From assembly GCA_963753435.1 (NCBI GenBank), contig CAVWCF010000001.1, positions 960,001 to 1,024,000 of the forward strand: a DNA stretch of 64,000 nt, read 5' to 3'. The number at the start of each line of letters is the position of its first letter. The first letter of the stretch is position 1. The notes below the pieces were generated by a model. It saw only the letters and a list, made by a program, of their open reading frames with translations, was not told the DNA's origin and did no database searches. The DNA comes from an uncultured Actinomycetota bacterium (GTDB lineage: Bacteria; Actinomycetota; Actinomycetes; CAVWCF01). Shown one piece after another: positions 9,676 to 20,920 of the stretch. The translations under genes were made by a program, and so were the position numbers.

Positions 9676-11007
9676 ATGACGGCGTCTGCACCGCACGTCC
9701 TCTACATCGCATGGGGTTTCCCGCCTTGCCGCGGCAGCGGTGTCTACCGCGCACTCGCTACGGCCAACGCGTTTGCCGCCAACGGCTGGAAAGTCACGGT
9801 GCTCACCGCCGATCGAGAAATCTGGCTCCGCTACACCGGCGCGGACCTCAGCCTGGAGGAACGCATCGATCCGCGGGTCAACGTGGAGCGGGTTCGGTTC
9901 GAGTGGCCGACTCTGGACCCTGACATCTCCAGTTGGTCGCGCTTGCGTGTCGCCACCCCGCGGGTGTGGGGCCGGGTACGCCGCCTGCGCGACCAGTTGC
10001 CGTTCCCCGAGGTCGCCTACGGCCCTTGGCTGCCCGTACTCAAGGAAGCGGTGCAGCGCATCCACGAACAGGACCCGGTCGATCTGACCGTGGCAACGGC
10101 AAACCCGCATGTGACATTCGGCGCAGCACACCACCTGTGGCGGACCGCGGGCGTGGACTACGTCATGGACTACCGCGACGCGTGGACCCTGGACGTGTTC
10201 AGCGGCGACCGGGTGCACTCACCGCGATCGCGCGCCGGTCGACGCGAAGCCGAACTGATCGGCGCCGCCAAAGAGGTCTGGTTCGTAAACGACCGGATCC
10301 GCGACTGGCACCGCACCCAGTACCCGGGGCAGGCCGATCGCATGCACACAGTCGCCAACGGCTACGACCCGGAGTTCGTCCCACCGGGCATCGGCCGCGC
10401 CCCCGATCCGGATCGGCCGTTGCGCTACGGATACCTGGGCACGATCTCGACCCGGGTTCCGATCGGTGAGTTCGCCGAGGGCTGGCGCCAGGCTCGCCGG
10501 GCGGAGCCGCTTGCGGACGCCACCGCGGTAATCCGTGGGCACCTCGGGCACTACCGCGCCGCGAATGCGAACGTGTCGGCGATGCTGGATTCGGCGCAAG
10601 AAATCGGCATCACGTACGACGGACCCGTGGCTAAGGCGGACGTTGCGGACTTCTATCACTCCGTGGACGTCCTCCTGCTCATCTTGGGCTCGGGCCGGTA
10701 TGTGACCTCGGGCAAGGTGTTCGAGTACGCCGCAACTGGGCTGCCGATCGTGTCCGTTCACGACCCCGACAGCGCCGCGAGCACGGTGCTGGCCGACTAC
10801 CCATCGTGGTTCCCCGCCGCCAGCCTCAGCGCGGCGGACATCGCAGCCGCGCTGCTCGCGGCCGGGCGGGCGCGCCGTGCCGAGACGGCCGAAGCGCGCG
10901 ATGCCGCCGTCGCGGCGGCCCAGAAGTTCGCGCGGGATGCCCAGCTGCGTCCGCGCGTCGATGCCCTGCGCCCCAAGGCGCCAACCTCGAGTGCACCGAC
11001 ATCGTGA
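9676..11007 (+). CDS. Glycosyltransferase family 4
   Basis: GGAGG SD then ATG; motifs WGFPPCRGSGVYR, MDYRDAWT, NGYD and TSGKVFEY. Confidence 0.85.
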   Translation: MTASAPHVLYIAWGFPPCRGSGVYRALATANAFAANGWKVTVLTADREIWLRYTGADLSLEERIDPRVNVERVRFEWPTLDPDISSWSRLRVATPRVWGRVRRLRDQLPFPEVAYGPWLPVLKEAVQRIHEQDPVDLTVATANPHVTFGAAHHLWRTAGVDYVMDYRDAWTLDVFSGDRVHSPRSRAGRREAELIGAAKEVWFVNDRIRDWHRTQYPGQADRMHTVANGYDPEFVPPGIGRAPDPDRPLRYGYLGTISTRVPIGEFAEGWRQARRAEPLADATAVIRGHLGHYRAANANVSAMLDSAQEIGITYDGPVAKADVADFYHSVDVLLLILGSGRYVTSGKVFEYAATGLPIVSVHDPDSAASTVLADYPSWFPAASLSAADIAAALLAAGRARRAETAEARDAAVAAAQKFARDAQLRPRVDALRPKAPTSSAPTS

Positions 11008-11570
11008 GCGAGCCCCTGCGCGTGGCCGTGCTCTCCGGAGGCCGCCTGCCCGACATCAGCGCCCTGGCTCCAGTCGCCGAACTCCGCAGCCGCGGCGCCG
11101 AGGTCGCCCTCATCTCCCGCCAGCTTCCCAGCTCCGCCCAGCAAGGCCTCTTCGACGCTGCCCACGTGCTCGGTCGCGGGCCGGCAGCAGAACTGACGGC
11201 GCTGATGGAAGCCGCGAACGACGCCACCGAGGCCGACCCGGCCGCACCGATCACGCGGGCACGGCCGCCGCTGCCGCAACTGGTTGTCCGCAAGGCCCAG
11301 TTGGAGGCCAGGCGGGCCCGGCGGGTGGCTCGGCGCTCAGCACTGCGCGCCCGGCGCGGTCTGCAGCGGCGCCTACGCCGAACGGGACCTCGACCGCTGG
11401 GACGCGACCTGCGCGCCGACCCGGTCGCTGGCGCTCTGGTGGACCGTGCGGATCTGGTGGTCGCCCTGGACCGCGCCGGCGTGCGCATCGCCTGGGATCG
11501 CGCGCGGCAGACTGGGGCGGGAGCCGTCCTGGGCCTGCCTGCGGCGGTCTGGTGGGTGGACCACCGCTGA
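11004..11570 (+). CDS. Hypothetical Arg-rich protein, similar in plan to 726..1241
   Basis: GTGA-coupled to the upstream GT4; 188 aa. Confidence 0.6.
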   Translation: MSEPLRVAVLSGGRLPDISALAPVAELRSRGAEVALISRQLPSSAQQGLFDAAHVLGRGPAAELTALMEAANDATEADPAAPITRARPPLPQLVVRKAQLEARRARRVARRSALRARRGLQRRLRRTGPRPLGRDLRADPVAGALVDRADLVVALDRAGVRIAWDRARQTGAGAVLGLPAAVWWVDHR

Positions 11571-11591
11571 GCTGAACGAGCGGCGGGACAG

Positions 11592-12667
11592 TCAGGCAAG
11601 GAGTGCGGCGACGGCCGCCGCCAGCCGCCGGTACTCCCCCGTGTCCGTTCGCGTGGCCGCCCAATCCCGAGCTCGATCGCGTAGTCCCAGCAACTCTGAT
11701 GGATCCAGTTGCCAACGCCGCAGCACTTCGCCGGCCGCAGCCGCATCGACCACGATCCCCGCTCCGGAGTCCACCAGCAGTGACTCCTGCCGGGGCAGTG
11801 GCGATGCCAGCACCGGCAGTCCGGCGGTCAAGTACTCCACGACCTTGGTCGGCAAAGCCTCTACGAACGCCGGCGTCGAGTGCAGCAGACTCAAGCCCAC
11901 CCACGCGTCAGCGGCACCCGCCCAGGCCCGCTCGGGGGGTTGGCGGCCCCAGAGCCGGACACGGTCACCAAGTCGCTCCGCTGCGATCTGGGCCCGCAGC
12001 TCGTCCGCTTCGCTCGGGGCGATCGGTCCAACGAGATCCATCGTCCAGTCTGGCGCTTGCGCGATGGCGCGAACCATGTCGAACGCGCCCCGTGTGCGTC
12101 GGATATCGCCTACATACAGAGCGCGAGGCCGGGCAGCGGGATCGGCCGGCTCCGGCAGATAGCCGGACTCCGGCGTGTTGCGGACGACGACGCGGTTGCG
12201 CGCGCGCAGTGGCGGCACCTGGTCGTCAGCCACGATGGTCAGGTCCGCGCGAGCGGTGAGTTCGTTGGCCCAGCGCAGTCCCGAGGTAACGGCCTTGACC
12301 TGGGCCGAAGGCCAATCTCGGTCCAGCACCAACTTCGTGTAGTCCTCGTGTACGTCGACCGCCACGGGCGGACCGCCCAGGCGGCGCCGTGTCATTGCGG
12401 GCACGACCAGGTCCGGGTCCAGCACCAGCAGTACTGAACCCGTGGCCTGCCAGGGCAGTCGCGCCCCGGCCCGCAGGCGCGCACCGAGCCCCGAGCGAGG
12501 ACGGGTGAACACACGCTCTGCTGATTCCGGGGCCGCGGCTGGATCACCCAGCCCGAGCACCTCCACCGACAGGCCGTGCTCGGTGAGTGCGGCGACGGTT
12601 CGGTGCAGCCGCGCATCGGCGACGTCATGTCCCGTCGTCAGAACGCTGACATCGACTGGCGCGCCGG

Positions 12668-12671
<4 letters not shown>
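11592..12671 (-). CDS. Glycosyltransferase family 4, probable CTG start
   Basis: Motifs VDVHEDY, YVGDIRRTRG and LPTKVVEYLTAGLPV. The conserved N-terminal motif (VLTTGHDVADARLHR) lies upstream of the first GTG at 12566. Confidence 0.8.
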
Positions 12672-13445
<774 letters not shown>

Positions 13446-13468
<23 letters not shown>

Positions 13469-14327
13469 GCTCCCTGGACAAGAAGGCCCAACTCCCGACC
13501 AGCAGGGCGATGATCGGCCACACGATCGCGCCCACGATCATGCCCGTGGTGGGAGAGGTAGCCCGAACCATGAGTTCACCCAAGCTCCCCATCAGCCCGA
13601 ACAATGGGTTCAGTTGGAGCAAGACGAGCAGGACCGGGTTGTCCTCAAGCCGGTCCAGCACCAGTTCTGGCAACCAGATGATCGGGGATACGTACAACCA
13701 AATCCGCAGGAGGTACGGAAGGAAACTGGTCGTGTCGCGGAAGTACACCTGAAGGGTCGCCATCAGCATCGCCAGGCCAGACGCGAAGACGACCACGAGC
13801 CCAAGCAGCGGGATGGTCCACAACTGGATCCAGCCGAACGGCAGACCGGCGAATACATGGATCACGCCGTACACGGCAAGAGTCGGCAGGAACCGGTAGA
13901 ACGCTGTCCGGACTGCGGAAAGCGGCAGCAACACCCGAGGGAACGCCGTGTTGGTGATCATCTTGCCGGCGCTGACGACGCTCGTTGCCCCACCCGACAT
14001 TGACTGCGCGATGAAGTAGAAGGTGAACAGACACAGGAGCAGGTGCGGGAAGAACGCGGCGTCGGAACTTATGTCGCGACCACCGATGATCACGATCAGC
14101 AGCCAGTAGACGCAGGCCAGCAGCAGCGGATTCAGGATGTTCCAGATCCGCCCCAGCACGGTGAGGCTCTGCTGGGCCCTGGCGGTGGCTCGGGACAACT
14201 CCGCCGCGAACTCGCGGCGGCGCCAGGCCTCAGACAAATAGGGACCAAGCGGCGGCAACCCAGCCCGATGGGGTGCATAGACGTGGTGATCGCCCAGGAA
14301 ATCCACGTCAGGGGCTGCTGAGCGCAC
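13446..14327 (-). CDS. Polysaccharide ABC exporter permease (Wzm/TagG-like)
   Basis: About six hydrophobic segments; motifs LGRIWNILNPLL, YFRDT and LNPL. Confidence 0.88.
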
Positions 14328-14401
14328 TCAGACCTTCTCTCGAATCGGACCGCCACGCGCGAGGGACCGCAGCGGGAGAGTACTAGGAGACAGGCGCGCA
14401 C

Positions 14402-15538
14402 CTAGGGCGCGGCAAGCGCCAAAGCCTGCACGAGCCTGGGCCCATCCACGTCCCAAGACAGTTCGGGTTGGGCCGCGGCAACGGCGGCGCACAGCTCGGC
14501 ATAGTTGGTCCGGGCCGCTTCGACCGCCGCAGCCAGCGACTTGTGGTCGCCCGGGCGGTAAAGCGTGCCGATGCCGTATCGGCGGACCACGGCCGCAAGT
14601 TCATCCACGTCAGTTGCCACCACGGGCACACCGGCGTGGATCGCGTGGAAGAGCTTGTTGGGCAGAGCCAGGCGGTGGTTCTCCCACCGATCGGAGTGAG
14701 ACACCAGCGCCAAGCCGGCCGCCTGCAGCCGCTTCGTCACCTCATCCACCGGTTCGGCGCCGAGCACGGTCACCTTCCCGGTTCGTAGGCGCGCCAAGAA
14801 CTGCTCGTCGGCGGGACCGAGCAGGGTGACCGGCAGGTCCAGCAATTCCGCTGCCTCGATCGCCACCTCGATTTCCCGGTCGGCCGCGATGCGGCCCGCG
14901 TAGACGAGTCCGGTCGGCTCGGGGATTGGTTGCAGCTGCGCATTCAACGGAAACGTGTTGCGGACGACTTCGACGTTGTCCCAGCCGTAGCGGCGCCGGA
15001 GGGCGGCTGCAACTCCCTCCCCGACAGTGATGACTACGCGTGCTTGACCACCTAGTACCCGTTCCTGCGCGATCTCTCTGCGGTTTGCCAGCGGCGTTGG
15101 GCGGCCTTGACGCGGTCGCCCAGGCCAGTACTCGTGCGTGTCGTACACGTACGGCACGGCGCTGGCCCGGGCCAGTTCCGCGCCGACGGCCAACGCGGTG
15201 AAGTCGTGAGCATGGACAACGTCGAATTCGCGCCCTTGCGCGTCCGCGTGCGCGGCTTCGGCCCAGGCCCCGAAAACCGCGGCTCGATGCCGCGGCAGCA
15301 GAAGCCACCTGGCCACCCGGTACAGCAGGGTCGTGCGCCGAACGCGGGCCGCAGTCGCTGGCAGCGTCGGCTGATCCCCCACGCTCGACACGGTGACGCC
15401 GGCCGGGGGAACGAAGTCGCCTGGAACCGCCCGACCGATCACGTGCACGGCGTGGCCGGCTTCGGCGAGGGTCTGTGCCTCACGAAGCACTCGGGTATCA
15501 GTGGCGACGGACGTCGCCACAAGCATGAGGATCTTCAC
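14402..15538 (-). CDS. Glycosyltransferase family 4
   Basis: GTGA-coupled start; motifs DTRVLREA, VVHAHD, VYDTHEYW and LPNKLFHAIHAGVPVV. Confidence 0.87.
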   Translation of the reverse strand: MKILMLVATSVATDTRVLREAQTLAEAGHAVHVIGRAVPGDFVPPAGVTVSSVGDQPTLPATAARVRRTTLLYRVARWLLLPRHRAAVFGAWAEAAHADAQGREFDVVHAHDFTALAVGAELARASAVPYVYDTHEYWPGRPRQGRPTPLANRREIAQERVLGGQARVVITVGEGVAAALRRRYGWDNVEVVRNTFPLNAQLQPIPEPTGLVYAGRIAADREIEVAIEAAELLDLPVTLLGPADEQFLARLRTGKVTVLGAEPVDEVTKRLQAAGLALVSHSDRWENHRLALPNKLFHAIHAGVPVVATDVDELAAVVRRYGIGTLYRPGDHKSLAAAVEAARTNYAELCAAVAAAQPELSWDVDGPRLVQALALAAP

Positions 15539-16506
15539 CGGCGCGCCAGCCTTGCCGGACTGGACAGGAAGCCCCATCCCCAGGCCAGGTGCATCACCGG
15601 CAATACGACCGGGAGACGAACCGCGCTGCGCCAGGCAAGCCGACTGCCGATGACCGCGCTGCCGCCGAGCACGACGAGGGCGTATCCGCCCGGCAACAAC
15701 CACCCGACACGAAGGCCCAGCAGCCCGGCGGCAGTGCCGGCGACGACACCGACCAGCGCCATGGGCGGAGCCAGGTACCGGAAGGTGACGGTGCCGCGAT
15801 GCTGCCGGGCAACGACCCGCCGCCACCTCCCATAGTCGCGATATTGGCGCGCCAGCGCCCGGACGGTGGATCGGGGTCGGTACGTCACCCGCAGCCGCGG
15901 CGTGAACCAGACGGTGCCACCGGTCTGCCGGATCCGATGGTTCATCTCCCAGTCCTGCGCCCTGGCGAAGCCCTCGTCGTACCCGCCGACTCGTTGCAGG
16001 GCCGCACGGCGGAAGGCGCCCAGGTAGACGGTGTCGGCGGGGCCCTCCGCGCCGCCGGTATGGAAGCGGGCCGCCCCCACCCCCAGCGGACTGGTCATGG
16101 CCGCCGCCACCGCCGCTTCAAATGGGGTCGTGCCCTCAGCCGCCATCACGCCACCCACATTGTCCGCACCCGTGGACTGCAGCACCTCCACCGCGACGCG
16201 CAGGTAGTCGGGCGGGAAGAGCGCGTGTCCGTCCACGCGAACCACCAAATCGTGCTCGGCGGCCCCGATGGCGGCATTCAGCCCGGCCGGGGTTGCTCCA
16301 GTGGGATTCGGGACCAGTCTGATCCGTGGGTCCGTTGCGCTCAGGTCCCGGGCGATCACGTCCGTGCCATCGGTCGACGGCCCCAGGGCCAGGATCAACT
16401 CCCACGGGCCGGGGTAATCCTGCCGTTGGATCTGGGTAACGGACTCGGCCAGGTGCCGCTCCTCATTGAGAACCGGCATCACCACTGAGACGGGCGGCCA
16501 GGACAC
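15535..16506 (-). CDS. Glycosyltransferase family 2
   Basis: Motifs VSVVMPVLNEE, VRVDGH and AQDWEMN; C-terminal TM helices. Confidence 0.9.
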   Translation of the reverse strand: MSWPPVSVVMPVLNEERHLAESVTQIQRQDYPGPWELILALGPSTDGTDVIARDLSATDPRIRLVPNPTGATPAGLNAAIGAAEHDLVVRVDGHALFPPDYLRVAVEVLQSTGADNVGGVMAAEGTTPFEAAVAAAMTSPLGVGAARFHTGGAEGPADTVYLGAFRRAALQRVGGYDEGFARAQDWEMNHRIRQTGGTVWFTPRLRVTYRPRSTVRALARQYRDYGRWRRVVARQHRGTVTFRYLAPPMALVGVVAGTAAGLLGLRVGWLLPGGYALVVLGGSAVIGSRLAWRSAVRLPVVLPVMHLAWGWGFLSSPARLARR

Positions 16507-16544
16507 GGCCGAACCGTATCCGGGCAGCGCGTCGCGCAGATGAA

Positions 16545-16568
16545 TGTCACGTTCTTGTCACGTACGCT
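16545..16568 (+). promoter_or_regulatory. Direct repeat TGTCACGT x2 (GTCAC-n6-GTCAC) abutting a TACGCT -10 element; candidate MtrA/GlnR-type site
   Basis: GTCAC at 16546-16550 and 16557-16561 (11-bp period); TACGCT at 16563-16568. Confidence 0.5.
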
Positions 16569-16654
16569 GTGCCTGGCCAGGTTTGGCGGGAACCGTCCGG
16601 GGGCATCATGCGCCCAAGTAGTGCAGACATGGCACGACCCCGCCTGCAGGAGCC

Positions 16655-18226
16655 GTGACCGACGTCCCACAGCCGGCCGCTGGCGAGTACGGCGCGGCAG
16701 ATCAAGGAGAGCGCGTGAGCAGTGGAGTGGGTGCCGCGCCGTCGGCTGCTCCAGCGCTTCCCCCGGAGTTGGACCCACGGCAGCCACCGCGCCGCAACTG
16801 GGTGCTTCGGGGTCTAGCCGGTGGCGTCAGCGCTGCGATCGTGGCGGCGAGCCTGTTCGGGTACATCACCTTGAACTACTACGACGACAAGATCACCCGG
16901 ATCGACAACGTCTTCGCCGGTCGCGATTCGGATCGGCCGGTCAAGGTCGCGACCGAGTCGATCAACATTCTGCTGGTCGGGTCCGACAGCCGGGAAGGAC
17001 TCACCCGCGAAGAGATCTCCCAACTCAAGGTGGGCATCGAGGGCGGACCCGACGGCAGCGGTCGCCGTGCCGACACCGCGATCCTGATGCACCTGGACTC
17101 CGACTGGTCCCGGGCGACCTTGGTGAGCTTCCCCCGTGACTCCTTGGTCGACATCCCCGAGTTCACCGACTCGGACGGGAGCACCACCCGAGCTCAGCAG
17201 AACAAGCTGAACGCCGCTTATGCCATCGGCGGCCCGCAGTTGCTTGTGTCGACGATCGAGCAGAACACGGACCTGCGCATCGACCACTACGTCGAAGTGG
17301 GGTTCGACGGCTTCGTGAAGGCCGTGGACGCCGTCGGCGGAGTCGATGTGTGCACCGAGGAAGCGATCAGCGACCGGCGCTCCGGTCTCGAACTGGCTGC
17401 CGGCGAGAGTCGACTGGACGGCGCCCAAGCGCTGGCATTCGCACGCGCCCGCTACTTCGACCCGACCGCGGATATCGGCCGCATGCAGCGGCAGCAGCAG
17501 TTGCTGGCCTCGCTGTTCAACGAAGCGACGTCGACCGGGGTGCTGTTGAACCCCCTGCGACTGAACGGCCTGCTCGACGCCACGCTGTCCTCGATCTCCA
17601 CCGACCCCGGGTTCGACCGTCAACTCATGCTCAACCTCGCTACCAAGATGCGTGATGTCGCCGGCGGCGAAGTCGTCTTCACCACCGTGCCGATCGGTGA
17701 CGCCAACAACCGGATCGAGGGCATCGGATCCACCGTGGAGTGGGACGAGCAGGCCGCTGAGGAGTTGTTCCGCGCCATCCGCGAGGACCAGCCCATCGGG
17801 TCGCAGTCAGAGGAGGCGGCCGCGGCGGCCCCAAGCACCACGCCGGTCGTCTCAGTCCCACCGGGGTCAATCTCCATGAAGGTCCTGAACGGTGTGGGCA
17901 CAGCGGGACTGGCCCGGCAGTCGGCCGACCAGCTGGCGGCCCTCGGGTTCTCGGTAACCGGCGTCGGCGACGGAGAACGCGTCACGGCCACGGAGATCCG
18001 GTACGACCCGCTGTGGGACGAATCGGTCAAGACCGTTGCCGCGGCACTGCCGGGCGCCCGGCTGGTGCCGGTGCCGGGCCAAGGCGGCACCTTTGTTGTC
18101 GTGATCGGCGACGCGAACCAAGCGTTCCAGCCGGTAACGGTCCAGGCGGCCGCCGACGAGCCGGCCCCAACAGCTTCAGAGTCGGCAGCACCGGTCCGGT
18201 CCGCCGCCGACCCGCTCTGCGGCTGA
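16655..18226 (+). CDS. LCP (LytR-CpsA-Psr) glycopolymer-peptidoglycan ligase with LytR_C domain
   Basis: N-terminal TM helix; motifs ILLVGSDSR, RRADT, SFPRDS and DIGRMQRQQ; C-terminal VLNGVGTAGLA. Confidence 0.92.
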   Translation: MTDVPQPAAGEYGAADQGERVSSGVGAAPSAAPALPPELDPRQPPRRNWVLRGLAGGVSAAIVAASLFGYITLNYYDDKITRIDNVFAGRDSDRPVKVATESINILLVGSDSREGLTREEISQLKVGIEGGPDGSGRRADTAILMHLDSDWSRATLVSFPRDSLVDIPEFTDSDGSTTRAQQNKLNAAYAIGGPQLLVSTIEQNTDLRIDHYVEVGFDGFVKAVDAVGGVDVCTEEAISDRRSGLELAAGESRLDGAQALAFARARYFDPTADIGRMQRQQQLLASLFNEATSTGVLLNPLRLNGLLDATLSSISTDPGFDRQLMLNLATKMRDVAGGEVVFTTVPIGDANNRIEGIGSTVEWDEQAAEELFRAIREDQPIGSQSEEAAAAAPSTTPVVSVPPGSISMKVLNGVGTAGLARQSADQLAALGFSVTGVGDGERVTATEIRYDPLWDESVKTVAAALPGARLVPVPGQGGTFVVVIGDANQAFQPVTVQAAADEPAPTASESAAPVRSAADPLCG

Positions 18227-18229
18227 GCG

Positions 18230-18748
18230 CTACGGCTGAGCGGGGCTGTCCTCGCGGGAACGAACGATCGCCGCGCGCCGCGCGAGCCGGTGCTCACGGC
18301 GGATCTCGGCTTCGCGCCAGCGCCGCGAGTCCTCGGTGGTCTCGATAAGCAATTGCGGCACCGATCGCGGCTGCCCCGCCGCGTCGATGGCGACGAACAC
18401 GAGATACGCGGTCGCCACTCGCACCAACGGTGCGTCAGCATCGTCCCAGCGCTCGGCGGTCACGCGCACGCCGACTTCCAGGGAGGTGCGCCCGGTCCAG
18501 TTGACCTGCGCGTCGGCGTGCAGCAGATCACCCACCCGCACGGGTTCGACGAAGATCATCTCGTCCATGGCCGCGGTGACTGCCGCGCCGCCGCTGTGCC
18601 GGGCGGCAACCGCCCCGGCGCAGTCGTCTACGAACTTCATCACGACTCCGCCATGCACGGTGCCCAGCAGGTTGGTGTCGTTCGGCGACATGATCTGGCT
18701 CAGTCGCGTACGAGAAGCCGACGAAGGGCGCTCCGCGACCGTTGTCAT
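18230..18748 (-). CDS. Acyl-CoA thioesterase (hotdog fold, YciA-like)
   Basis: Motifs NLLGTVHGG, VTAAMD and GRTSLEV. Confidence 0.9.
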   Translation of the reverse strand: MTTVAERPSSASRTRLSQIMSPNDTNLLGTVHGGVVMKFVDDCAGAVAARHSGGAAVTAAMDEMIFVEPVRVGDLLHADAQVNWTGRTSLEVGVRVTAERWDDADAPLVRVATAYLVFVAIDAAGQPRSVPQLLIETTEDSRRWREAEIRREHRLARRAAIVRSREDSPAQP

Positions 18749-18823
18749 GGTGTGGAACCCTAACGTTCAGGTCACGAGTGTCCGATGGACATTGCGGGCG
18801 ATTCGCGGCGCGAGGAGTTGGTA

Positions 18824-20896
18824 ATGGACCACCTCTCTCGGCGCCTGCTGCGCGGAGCCGGTGCGGCCATCACCGGCGCTGCGCTGCTGATCTCGGTCAC
18901 GCCAGTGACGGCAACTGCCACAGCCGCCCCACTCGTACGGGACACAAGCGCAGCTGCCACGCCGAGGCCAACCCCAGCCATCCCCTTGATCGATGCCGAC
19001 CCCGCCGCGGCGTTGCCGACAACGGCTGTGGGCGGCACCGCGGCCCTGCCCGAATCGCTGACCCAGCGCGCGGTGCGCGTCAGTGGTGCCGATCCGACGC
19101 GGGTGTCCGGTGCCGATAGGTACGAGACCGCAGTAGCGCTCAGCGAGCGGTACTTCCCGTCCGGAGCCGGAACCGTTGTCCTGGCGACGGGCACCGGGTT
19201 CGCCGACGCGCTGGCGGGAGCGCCGCTCGCCGCGTCCCTCGACGCACCCCTGCTGTTGACCCGACCGACCGGAGCGCCGGAGTCGGTCCGAGTCGAGATC
19301 GCCCGGCTCCAGCCAGCCAGGCTCGTCGCGGTTGGCGGGACCGCGGCGGTCAGCCAGGCCGATCTGACGTCCCTGGCGGCGCTTGCCGGCGGGGCGCAGA
19401 CCGAGCGCGTGGCCGGCGCGGATCGGTACGGCACTGCGGCCGCAGTGGCCGCCGCCCTGGCCCCGGTGCAGTTCGCGGTGGTCGCCTCCGGGCTCAACTT
19501 CGCCGACGCACTGTCCGCTGGGCCGCTGGCGGCCCGGCGGCAAGGCGCCGTGCTGCTTACCCCTCCCGACCGTTTGGGCGCGGCGGCGGCGGCCGCGATA
19601 GCCGGGTTGCCGGCGTCTTCGGTGCTGATCGCCGGCGGCACTGGCGCAGTGTCGACCGCCGTCGAATCCGACCTCGCCGCCCTCCTCGGCGGCCCGGCCA
19701 GCCGAATCGGGGGTATCGACCGCTACGACACATCTGCCCGCTTCGCGACGGAGGTCGCCAAGGACGGCGGTCGCGGCGGGTCGCTGTTGACGACCGGCGC
19801 GGACTACCCCGACGCGATGGTCGCCGCGGCCCACGGTTCACGCCTCGGGCAACCGGTCCTGCTCATGGGAGGCCCTTACCGCTTCGGCCACGACGCTGCC
19901 CTGGCCCGTACCCGCGGGGTCGGTCCCTGGCTGCAGTTGACTTTGGATGCCCTCGCGGCAACCGACCGCGGCCTGCCGCTGAGACACACCGCTTACACCC
20001 AGGCCTATCGCGCCGACACGATTGGTCGCGCCTACGGCTGGGATCACGCCGAGGCCACCGATTCTCTGCAGCAGGTGCGGGCGACGGTCAAGCCGGACGG
20101 CGGCTATGGGCTCGACAACGGGTGGGACGCCTTCAGCGACGGGACCAAGAACCCCGCTGAGACGTCCTACCTGATCACGATCACCGATCACGTTGGCCGC
20201 GCCCTGCTTGACGGCTTCCAGGCCGGCGCCGTCCCAGCCGAGGAAGTGGCAGCCCTGGTCGAACTCGTGCGCGACTGGCCAACGGTCACGGACCAGCCTG
20301 GATGCCTGGCGTACTCCAACAGCGAGTACGACCGGACTTCGTGCGTGCACAACGTCAACTCAAGCGCCATCTGGTTCATCGACGCGGCCGAGCGTGCAGG
20401 TGCCTGGAGCGGCCCGCCGGCGGATCTTTCCGACCTCCTGGCCGAAGAAACCGGCGCCTACCTGGGTAACGGGTGGTGGCCGTACCGGGACGACCAGACC
20501 AGCCGCCAGGACGTGAACCACAACGCGGCTCAGATCGAGCACTTGCAGTTCACCGCGCCAGGCCTGGCCGCTGACGCGCTGGCGCTCATGCTCGACGACC
20601 CAGCAGTCCCCTACCACCCCGAAGTGACGATGCGCTCCGCCTACGACCCCTTGGGCTTCCTGCGCCTAGGTGAGCAGTCCTGTGCCGCGGCGAACTCCGC
20701 GTACGCGGAATCGGCGACGTTGACGGAGACCGCCCCGTACGCGGTGGTCACCGCGCAACTGGCCCTGTGGGCCGCGCGGGTGGCCGAATGTCCTGCGCCG
20801 ACCGCGACTGCGGCACTGCAGTCAGTGACACCTACCGGGCCATTGCCGCTGCCGCCGGTCGCCGGACCAGAGGCGCGCCCGGTTCCAACCCCCTGA
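18824..20896 (+). CDS. Secreted cell-wall-binding repeat 2 (CWB2) protein with an unknown C-terminal domain
   Basis: Signal peptide with RR; three repeats SGADRYETA, AGADRYGTA and GGIDRYDTS, each followed by FADAL/YPDAM and LLL-type motifs. Confidence 0.82.
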   Translation: MDHLSRRLLRGAGAAITGAALLISVTPVTATATAAPLVRDTSAAATPRPTPAIPLIDADPAAALPTTAVGGTAALPESLTQRAVRVSGADPTRVSGADRYETAVALSERYFPSGAGTVVLATGTGFADALAGAPLAASLDAPLLLTRPTGAPESVRVEIARLQPARLVAVGGTAAVSQADLTSLAALAGGAQTERVAGADRYGTAAAVAAALAPVQFAVVASGLNFADALSAGPLAARRQGAVLLTPPDRLGAAAAAAIAGLPASSVLIAGGTGAVSTAVESDLAALLGGPASRIGGIDRYDTSARFATEVAKDGGRGGSLLTTGADYPDAMVAAAHGSRLGQPVLLMGGPYRFGHDAALARTRGVGPWLQLTLDALAATDRGLPLRHTAYTQAYRADTIGRAYGWDHAEATDSLQQVRATVKPDGGYGLDNGWDAFSDGTKNPAETSYLITITDHVGRALLDGFQAGAVPAEEVAALVELVRDWPTVTDQPGCLAYSNSEYDRTSCVHNVNSSAIWFIDAAERAGAWSGPPADLSDLLAEETGAYLGNGWWPYRDDQTSRQDVNHNAAQIEHLQFTAPGLAADALALMLDDPAVPYHPEVTMRSAYDPLGFLRLGEQSCAAANSAYAESATLTETAPYAVVTAQLALWAARVAECPAPTATAALQSVTPTGPLPLPPVAGPEARPVPTP

Positions 20897-20920
20897 AAGC
20901 ACCTGGCGCGCGAGTGCTGA

